Shown here: piece by piece, positions 57,329-64,000 of the stretch | Numbering within the stretch: position 1 is the stretch's first letter | Layout: the number at the start of each line of letters is the position of its first letter | Assembly: GCA_019311115.1 (NCBI GenBank) | Contig: JAFDDB010000004.1 | Span: 5,121 to 69,120, forward strand | Direction: 5' to 3' | Length of the DNA: 64,000 nucleotides | Origin: Deltaproteobacteria bacterium | GTDB taxonomy: Bacteria; Myxococcota_A; UBA9160; SZUA-336 | Program-made: the position numbers and the translations under genes | Notes under the pieces: model-generated | What the model was told of the DNA's origin: nothing | Seen by the model: only the letters and a program-made list of their open reading frames with translations | The model's database searches: none

Positions 57329-57868
57329 ATGGCGGCGCCCGACCCCAAGCTGCGCGAGATCGTCTCGGCCGAGGCGGTGCGCGCCCGGATCGACGAGATC
57401 GGCGAAAGGCTCTACCGCGACTACGCCGACACCCCGGCCGTCTTCGTGGTGATCGCCGAGGGCGCGCGGCGCTTCGCCAAGGCGCTGGTCGACGGCCTCA
57501 CCGCGCGCAACGTCCATCCCGACGTGATCTTCCTGCGCGCGCACCGAACGGTCGGATCGGCGCTCGGCGAGGTCCAGGTACACGGCGCGGACCCCACCGT
57601 CTTCGAGGATCGCGACGTGCTGATCCTGGACGACATCGCCGACGAAGGTCGGACGCTCGAGGCCGTCTCGGCGCTGGTGGAAGAGGGCGAGCCGCGCACG
57701 CAGAGCGTGGCCGTGCTGGTGAGCAAGCTCTCGCGCCGCAAGGTCGACATCCCGCTCGACTACGTGGGCTTCGAGGTGGACGACGGCTGGGTCGTCGGCT
57801 TCGGCATGGACCTGGACGAGCGCTACCGCGACCTCGACTACCTGGCCGTGGTCGACGGCGTCGACTGA
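57329..57868 (+). CDS. hpt: Hypoxanthine-guanine phosphoribosyltransferase
   Basis: PRPP motif VLILDDIADEGRTL. Confidence 0.8.
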   Translation: MAAPDPKLREIVSAEAVRARIDEIGERLYRDYADTPAVFVVIAEGARRFAKALVDGLTARNVHPDVIFLRAHRTVGSALGEVQVHGADPTVFEDRDVLILDDIADEGRTLEAVSALVEEGEPRTQSVAVLVSKLSRRKVDIPLDYVGFEVDDGWVVGFGMDLDERYRDLDYLAVVDGVD

Positions 57869-57872
57869 GCGC

Positions 57873-58592
57873 TCAGGGCTCGAGCAGCAGGACCGTGCTG
57901 TTGTCCGGGCCGCCGTGGCGGTTCGCAGCCTCGACGAGCGCGCGCGCTGCGGCGTCGAGGCTGGGGCGCGTCGCCAGGTCGAGGATCTCGTCCTCGGGGA
58001 CCAGGTCGTGCATTCCGTCGGTGCTCAGCAGCAGGCGCGAGCCGCGCGGAATGCGCGCGTGCACGGCGTCTACCCGCACGTCGGCCTCCGAGCCGATCGC
58101 GCGCGTGAGCAGGTGGCGGTCGGGGTGGACGTGCGCGTCCTTCGGGTGGACCGCGCCGGCGTTGACGAGCATGGCGACCATCGTGTGGTCCTTGGTGATC
58201 TGGTCGAGCTTGTCCCGCTCCACGACGTAGAGCCGCGTGTCGCCCACGTGCGCGGCCACCACCGTGCGGTTGCGGATGCGGATCAGCGTGAGGGTGGTCC
58301 CCATGCCCTCGAGGCCGCGGACCTCGCCCTCGCGGACCACCGCGTCGTTCGCGGCACTGACCGCGGAGGAGAGGAGACTGCGCTCCTCGGCGATGTTCCG
58401 CGGCCTGCGCGCGCTGTCCACGACGTCGAAGACTGTCTGCAGCGCCACGTGGCTCGCCACCTCGCCGGCGACGTGTCCACCCATGCCGTCGGCGATCGCG
58501 AACAGGTGCATGTCGGGCCACGCGTTCGCCGCGTCCTCGTTGTTGTCGCGGACCAGGCCCGTGTCGGTGGCCAGCGCCCAGGGACAGCTCAC
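57873..58592 (-). CDS. PP2C-family Ser/Thr protein phosphatase
   Basis: DGMGGH, GDTRLY and STDGM motifs. Confidence 0.8.
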   Translation of the reverse strand: MSCPWALATDTGLVRDNNEDAANAWPDMHLFAIADGMGGHVAGEVASHVALQTVFDVVDSARRPRNIAEERSLLSSAVSAANDAVVREGEVRGLEGMGTTLTLIRIRNRTVVAAHVGDTRLYVVERDKLDQITKDHTMVAMLVNAGAVHPKDAHVHPDRHLLTRAIGSEADVRVDAVHARIPRGSRLLLSTDGMHDLVPEDEILDLATRPSLDAAARALVEAANRHGGPDNSTVLLLEP

Positions 58593-59194
58593 GATCCCTC
58601 TCCCGGGACGCGATCGGACGCGAGCATCGAGTACTGCACGTGGTCGAGGTACTCGCCGGCCACGCGCTCGATGCCGCGGGCGAGCCCCTCGCGCCGGCAG
58701 CCGAGCTTCTCGGCCACGCGGTGACTGGCTCGGTTGTCGACTGCGACCAGCACCTCGACGCGGTGCAGTTCCAGGTCGACGAAGGCGTGGCGGAGCAGCT
58801 CGGCGGCCGCCTCGGTCGCGTAGCCCTTGCCGTCACAGGTGGAGCGCACCCAGTAACCGAGTCCGGCCGCCCGCCGGGCCCAGTCGATGCGATGCAGGCT
58901 GGCCATGCCGATCAGAGCCTGCGTGGCGCGGTCCTCGACGGCGAACTCGAAGGCGGTGCGGTTCGAGCGCGCCGCCTGCGCGCCACGGATGTAGCGACGC
59001 GAGTCCGCGCGCGAGTGGTTCGGATGCGCCCACGGCAGCCACTGGATCAGCTGGGGGAGGCTCTCGTGCACGGCGGCGTCGAGCGCATCCAGATCGCTGC
59101 GGCCCGGCGGGCGAAGCCTCAGCCGCTCGGTATTGAGCGCGCCCGCGTCCTTGTCTCCACCGAGTCCACCGAGCAGCACCCGTTTCCCCCGCAC
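58589..59194 (-). CDS. GNAT-family N-acetyltransferase (RimJ/RimL-like)
   Basis: ERLRLRP N-terminal pattern and acetyl-CoA motif RVAEKLG. Confidence 0.6.
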   Translation of the reverse strand: MRGKRVLLGGLGGDKDAGALNTERLRLRPPGRSDLDALDAAVHESLPQLIQWLPWAHPNHSRADSRRYIRGAQAARSNRTAFEFAVEDRATQALIGMASLHRIDWARRAAGLGYWVRSTCDGKGYATEAAAELLRHAFVDLELHRVEVLVAVDNRASHRVAEKLGCRREGLARGIERVAGEYLDHVQYSMLASDRVPGEGS

Positions 59195-59210
59195 TCCCCT
59201 ACGCGCGCCC

Positions 59211-61547
59211 CTACGGGAGCATGCGCAGCTGCGCGTAGCGCAGCACGATCGTCTTCATGCCCGCCCGGTCGAAGCGGATGCGCAGCTTCGTGCCGGCGCC
59301 AGCACCCGAGACCTCGACGATGGTACCGGCTCCGAAGACCGGATGCTCCACTCGCGTCCCCGTCGCTCCACTCGTACCTGCCCCGGGGCTCTCATCGGCC
59401 GGAAGCTGTGAGTCGCTGTAGTCGACGCGTGGCTCGCCCGGACCGGCGCCGCTCGAGCGCGGCGAGTCGAAGCTCTCGGACCGGCCGGGCCGGGGCCGCC
59501 CGACGCCGAACTCCGCGGGGATTTCGGCGAGGAAGCGGCTCGGCGGGTTGTAGCGGACCGAGCCGTGCATGCGGCGCATGGTGGCGTGGGTGATGTAGAG
59601 CCGGTCCATGGCCCGGGTCATGCCCACGTAGCAGAGGCGCCGCTCCTCCTCGAGCGCGGCCGGGTCGCTCTGCGAGGCGAAGTGCGGCACGAGGCCCTCT
59701 TCGACGCCGACCAGGAAGACCGTGGGGAACTCGAGACCCTTGGCGACGTGAGCCGTCATGAGCGGGAGGCGGTCGTCGTCCTCGGTCAGGTTGTCGACCG
59801 CGGCGAACAGGGTGACCTGCTCCAGGAACAGGTCGATCAGGTTCTGCGGGCCCTCGTCCAGGTCCAGTTCGCCGACCGGATCGCCCTCGGCTCGTGGGCC
59901 CGCAGCCGCGTCGCTCTGTGTCGCGTCGCGTTGAGAGGCGTCGCGTTGGGAGGCGGCGGCGCGGTTGGCGCGCTCGAACTCCTCGGCCGCCGAGAGCAGT
60001 TCCTGCAGGTTCTCGAGCCGCGCCTCGGCCTCGACCGAGGTGTCCTGCTGGAGCGCGCGCAGGTAGCCCGTCTGCTCGAGGATCGCGGCCAGGAGCGTTG
60101 CGACCGAGTCGTCGTACGCGGACTGGTCGCGCAGGCGGTCGAGGACGGCCAGGAACGCGGGCACGCGCTTCGCGGCTGCGCCCGAGAGCAGACGCTCGTC
60201 GCGCGCGCGCTCGACCGCGCGGTGGAGGCTGGTCCCGTCCTCTTCCGACAGCATGAGCAGGCGCTCCACCGTCGTGCGTCCGATTCCGCGCGCCGGCCGG
60301 TTGATGATGCGCATCAGGCTCTCGGTGTCGTCGGGATTCCGCAGCACGCGCAGGTAGGCGAGGGCGTCCTTGACCTCGGCGCGGTCGTAGAACCGGGTCC
60401 CGCCGACGACCACGTACGAGACGTTGTACTTGAGCAGCTCTTCCTCGAACGGTCGTGACTGGGCGTGCGTGCGGTAGAAGATGGCGGAGTCGCCGAGCGA
60501 GGCTCCCGCGTCCACGCTCTTCAGCAGCTCCGACACCACGAAGGCCGCCTCGGCGCGCTCGTCGGCCGCCTCGTAGAATCGGATGGGCTCGCCCCCCTCG
60601 CGATCGGTATAGAGCGTCTTGCCCTTGCGCTCGGTGTTGTTGGACACGACCGCCGTCGCGGCATCGAGGATGGCCTGTGTCGAGCGGTAGTTCCGCTCGA
60701 GCCGCACCACCTTGGCGCCCGGAAAGTCCTTCTCGAAGTCGAGAATGTTGCGGATGTCCGCCTCGCGGAAGCGGTAGATCGACTGGTCCTCGTCCCCCAC
60801 CACGCACAGGTTCTGGCTGTCGCCGGTCAGCAGCCGCAGCAGCCGGTACTGGACGGGGTTCGTGTCCTGGTACTCGTCGACCAGGATGTGCTGCCAGCGG
60901 CGCCGGTAGGTCTCGAGCACGCCGGGGTGGTTCTCGAAGAGGCGCACCGTCAGCAGGATCAGGTCGCCGAAGTCGAGCGCGTTCGCGCGCCGCAGCTCCG
61001 TCTGGTACTGGCGGTAGATCTGGCCGATCTGCTCGTCGTGGAGCGAGCCGTCGGCGATCACCTCGTTCGGCAGCATGCCCCGGCTCTTGAATCGGTCGAT
61101 CTCGGACCGGACCGAGCGGGGCGGCCAGCCCTTCTCGTCTATGTTCATGGACCGGAGCACTCGCTTCACCAGCGCCAGCGAGTCGGACTGGTCGTAGATG
61201 GCGAAGCTCGTCTGGTAGCCCAGCTGCGTGATCTCGCGGCGCAGGATCCGCACGCAGGTCGAGTGGAAGGTGGCCACCCAGACGCGCTGGTCTCGGGAAT
61301 CGAGCAGCGATTCGACGCGCTCGCGCATCTCTCGCGCGGCCTTGTTCGTGAACGTGACCGCCAGGATCTGCGAGGGCCAGGCCCGGCGCGTGGCGATCAG
61401 GTGCGCGATGCGGTGCGTGAGCATGCGCGTCTTGCCCGATCCCGCGCCGGCCAGCACGAGCAGCGGGCCGTCGCCGTACGCCACGGCCTCCCGTTGCTCG
61501 GGATTCAGTCCTTCGAGAGTCCGTTCCGCTGATTCGGGCGACGACAA
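59211..61547 (-). CDS. uvrD: UvrD/PcrA-family ATP-dependent DNA helicase
   Basis: GAGSGKT Walker A, DEYQDTN motif II, and C-terminal tail VEHPVFGAGTIVEV. Confidence 0.85.
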   Translation of the reverse strand: MSSPESAERTLEGLNPEQREAVAYGDGPLLVLAGAGSGKTRMLTHRIAHLIATRRAWPSQILAVTFTNKAAREMRERVESLLDSRDQRVWVATFHSTCVRILRREITQLGYQTSFAIYDQSDSLALVKRVLRSMNIDEKGWPPRSVRSEIDRFKSRGMLPNEVIADGSLHDEQIGQIYRQYQTELRRANALDFGDLILLTVRLFENHPGVLETYRRRWQHILVDEYQDTNPVQYRLLRLLTGDSQNLCVVGDEDQSIYRFREADIRNILDFEKDFPGAKVVRLERNYRSTQAILDAATAVVSNNTERKGKTLYTDREGGEPIRFYEAADERAEAAFVVSELLKSVDAGASLGDSAIFYRTHAQSRPFEEELLKYNVSYVVVGGTRFYDRAEVKDALAYLRVLRNPDDTESLMRIINRPARGIGRTTVERLLMLSEEDGTSLHRAVERARDERLLSGAAAKRVPAFLAVLDRLRDQSAYDDSVATLLAAILEQTGYLRALQQDTSVEAEARLENLQELLSAAEEFERANRAAASQRDASQRDATQSDAAAGPRAEGDPVGELDLDEGPQNLIDLFLEQVTLFAAVDNLTEDDDRLPLMTAHVAKGLEFPTVFLVGVEEGLVPHFASQSDPAALEEERRLCYVGMTRAMDRLYITHATMRRMHGSVRYNPPSRFLAEIPAEFGVGRPRPGRSESFDSPRSSGAGPGEPRVDYSDSQLPADESPGAGTSGATGTRVEHPVFGAGTIVEVSGAGAGTKLRIRFDRAGMKTIVLRYAQLRMLP

Positions 61548-61578
61548 GGGGATGAGCTTAGCAGAGCGCGCCGTCTCC

Positions 61579-63414
61579 TCACTCGACGGTCACGCTCTTC
61601 GCCAGGTTGCGTGGCTGGTCGACGTCGGTGCCCTTCAGGGTGGCCACGTGGTAGGCGAAGATCTGCAGCGGGATGGTGGCCACGACCGCGGAGAGCGGGT
61701 CGCCGATCGCCGGTACGCGGATCACGTCGTCGGCGTAGCTCTCGGCCTCGTCATCGCCCTCCTCGGCGACGGCGATCACCCGGGCGCCGCGCGACCGCGC
61801 CTCCTCGGCGTTCGAGATCAGCTTGGCCCGCGTCGCGCGCTGGTTCGCGACCGCCACGACCGGCACACCGTCCTCGATCAGCGCGATCGGCCCGTGCTTC
61901 ATCTCTCCGGCCGCGTAGCCTTCGGCGTGGATGTACGAGAGTTCCTTCAGCTTGAGCGCACCCTCGAGCGCCACCGGAAAGCCGACCCCGCGTCCCAGGA
62001 AGAGGAAGTCGCGGGCGTGCAGGTACTTGCGGGCAATCGCCTCGATCCCGTCCCAGCCCGAGATGCACCGCTCGACCAGCCGCGGGAGCCGCCGCAACGA
62101 CTCGATGTGCCCGCGCACGGCGTCATGATCGAGCGTACCGCGGAGCAGCCCCAGCTTGAGGGCGATCAGGTAGAGCGCCGTGACCTGCGTAGTGAAGCAC
62201 TTGGTCGACGCGACGCAGATCTCGGGGCCCGCGTGCGTGTACAGCACGTCGTCGGCGTCGCGCGCGATCGTGCTGGCGTGGCCGTTGCACACGGCCAGCG
62301 ACCGCGCGCCGAGACCCTGTCCCTCGCGAAGCGCCGCCAGCGTGTCGGCCGTCTCGCCGGACTGCGACATGGCGATCAGCAGGTGGTTCGGCCCGAGCAG
62401 CGGGTCGCGGTAACGGAACTCGCTGGCCAGGTCGACGTCGGTCGGAATGCGCGCGAAGCCCTCGAGCATGCTGCGTCCGAGCAGGCCCGCGTGCCAGGCC
62501 GTGCCGCAGGCCACGATCTGTATGCCGCGCAGCCCGCGGACCCAGGCTTCGTCGAACTCGATGCCGTCGAGGTCGATGTCGCCGTCCTCTTCGAGCACTC
62601 GCGTTCCGATGGTGTCGCTGATCGCGCGCGGCTGCTCGTGGATTTCCTTCTCCATGAAGCGGCTGTAGCCGCCCTTCTCGGCCTGGACCGGATCCCAGTG
62701 GATCCGCAGCGCCTCGCGCTCGACGCGCGCGCCGTGGCGGTCGAAGATGGCCGCACCCTGCGTGTCGAGCAGCGCGATCTCGCCGTCCTCGAGCGGCATG
62801 ATGACGCGGCAGTACGGCAGGATGGCCGGGATGTCCGAGGCGACGAAGTTCTCGCCGTCTCCGAGGCCGAGGATGCAGGGGCTGCCGCCCTCCTTGGCCG
62901 CGACGATGCGCCCGGGTTCGCTCTCGTCGATCACGGTGATCGCGTAGGAGCCTTCGAGCTGGCCGACGGCGCCGCGCACCGAGTCGAGCAACGAGACGCC
63001 GCGTTGGCGCTCGGCGTGGATCAGGCACGCGATGATCTCGGTGTCGGTGTCGGACCGGAACTCGAAGCCCTGCGCGATGAGTTCGGCGCGGAGCGCGCGG
63101 TGGTTCTCGACAATGCCGTTGTGGATCAGAGCGATCGTGCCTACGCGGTGCGGGTGTGCGTTCTCTTCGGTCGGCTTGCCGTGCGTCGCCCAGCGCGTGT
63201 GCCCCATCCCGGTCGCGCCGTGCACGGGCACGTCGCGCAGCGCCGACTCCAGGTTGACGAGCTTTCCGACCGCGCGGACCACCCGGAGCTTCCCGTCTTC
63301 TATGACCGCGATGCCGGCCGAGTCGTAGCCGCGGTACTCGAGCCTGCGCAGCCCGTCGAGCACGACGTCCTGCGCGCGCTCCTCGGACCCCACGTAGCCC
63401 ACGATTCCGCACAT
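61579..63414 (-). CDS. glmS: Glutamine--fructose-6-phosphate aminotransferase
   Basis: MCGIVGYVG N-terminal nucleophile and two SIS domains. Confidence 0.9.
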   Translation of the reverse strand: MCGIVGYVGSEERAQDVVLDGLRRLEYRGYDSAGIAVIEDGKLRVVRAVGKLVNLESALRDVPVHGATGMGHTRWATHGKPTEENAHPHRVGTIALIHNGIVENHRALRAELIAQGFEFRSDTDTEIIACLIHAERQRGVSLLDSVRGAVGQLEGSYAITVIDESEPGRIVAAKEGGSPCILGLGDGENFVASDIPAILPYCRVIMPLEDGEIALLDTQGAAIFDRHGARVEREALRIHWDPVQAEKGGYSRFMEKEIHEQPRAISDTIGTRVLEEDGDIDLDGIEFDEAWVRGLRGIQIVACGTAWHAGLLGRSMLEGFARIPTDVDLASEFRYRDPLLGPNHLLIAMSQSGETADTLAALREGQGLGARSLAVCNGHASTIARDADDVLYTHAGPEICVASTKCFTTQVTALYLIALKLGLLRGTLDHDAVRGHIESLRRLPRLVERCISGWDGIEAIARKYLHARDFLFLGRGVGFPVALEGALKLKELSYIHAEGYAAGEMKHGPIALIEDGVPVVAVANQRATRAKLISNAEEARSRGARVIAVAEEGDDEAESYADDVIRVPAIGDPLSAVVATIPLQIFAYHVATLKGTDVDQPRNLAKSVTVE

Positions 63415-63427
63415 GCCCGGCTTCCCC

Positions 63428-64000
63428 TCAGTCCTCGGAGTCGTCTGCACCGAAGCGCCGCTCGAACCAGCCCTCGATGTTCCGCTGCTTCGCCCGCGCC
63501 ACGGCCAAGGATCCCGCCGTCACCTTCTTGGTGATCGTCGAGCCGGCGGCCACGTAGCTCCGGGGCTCGATCTCGATGGGCGCGATCAGGTTGGCGTTGC
63601 AGCCGATGAAGGAGCCGTCCCCGATCACCGTCCGGTTCTTGGTCGTCCCGTCGTAGTTTACCGTGATCGCCCCGCAGGCGATCGTGCAGCCCGCGCCGAC
63701 GTCGCTGTCGCCGATGTAGGACAGGTGGTCCGCCTTGGTCCCGCGGCCGATCGTGGAGTTCTTGACCTCGACGAAGTTGCCGATCCGCACCGAGTCCTCG
63801 AGCTTCGAGCCGGGGCGCAGGTGCGCGGCCGGCCCCACGGTGCAGTCGTTGCCGAGCGTCGATTCCTCGATGTGGCAGAGCGGCTTCACGAACACGTCGT
63901 CACCAAGTGTCGAGCTCTCGATCACGACCTGCTCGCCGATGCGGCAGCCGCTGCCGACCTGCGTGCGTCCGCGCAAGCTGGCGCCGGGCGCTATGCGGGT
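63428..64000 (-). CDS. glmU: Bifunctional GlmU, C-terminal left-handed beta-helix acetyltransferase domain; N-terminus beyond window end
   Basis: Hexapeptide repeats in IGDSDVGAGCTIACGAITVNYDG...; frame runs to the window edge. Confidence 0.8.
   Translation of the reverse strand, partial: TRIAPGASLRGRTQVGSGCRIGEQVVIESSTLGDDVFVKPLCHIEESTLGNDCTVGPAAHLRPGSKLEDSVRIGNFVEVKNSTIGRGTKADHLSYIGDSDVGAGCTIACGAITVNYDGTTKNRTVIGDGSFIGCNANLIAPIEIEPRSYVAAGSTITKKVTAGSLAVARAKQRNIEGWFERRFGADDSED

Noticed and set aside
59211-61547. UvrD-like helicase as part of an anti-phage system (Gabija/Hachiman-like)
   Set aside because: It has full housekeeping UvrD/PcrA architecture including the C-terminal tail, and its neighbours are GNAT, PP2C, hpt and glmS/glmU; there is no partner nuclease/ATPase typical of defence systems.

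Overview
High-GC (~70%) bacterial chromosomal segment with dense coding on both strands; it looks Myxococcota-like (PEGA-domain Ser/Thr kinase, DapL, ECF sigma/anti-sigma pair, bacterial histone-fold protein). The window starts inside dnaA on the minus strand, with a low-GC candidate dnaA promoter/oriC-proximal region just upstream. It ends inside glmU. About 68 CDS are supportable, mostly housekeeping: leuCD, aroC, mutY, acs, rnd, proS, fpg/nei-family, hpt, uvrD/pcrA-like, glmS, dapL, cbiX. I found no rRNA, tRNA, CRISPR array or mobile element. The ORF track contains many long antisense 'shadow' ORFs typical of high-GC DNA; I treated them as artefacts. Some of my hand-indexed positions disagree with the ORF track by 1-2 nt, so internal start coordinates are +/- 3 nt. 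Most interesting regions: (1) a lipid-centred neighbourhood at 40472-49480 whose core is a translationally coupled minus-strand operon of class-III aminotransferase, LuxE-like acyl-protein synthetase, LuxC-like acyl reductase and a VOC protein, which predicts fatty acid to fatty aldehyde to amine chemistry. It is flanked by a CDP-alcohol phosphatidyltransferase, a flippase-like polytopic protein, an NmrA-like reductase, a PLP enzyme with an alanine-racemase-like fold, and an alpha/beta-hydrolase fused to a polytopic domain. (2) A four-gene envelope operon (PlsC-like acyltransferase, secreted protein, degenerate PEGA-domain Ser/Thr pseudokinase, LysM protein). (3) A 66-aa singlet histone-fold protein upstream of an ECF sigma/anti-sigma pair, with a perfect 12-bp x4 tandem repeat between them. 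(4) Recurrent GAA(A)TT(T)CG palindromes in the only two low-GC intergenic islands, upstream of dnaA and of a tiny acidic protein gene.
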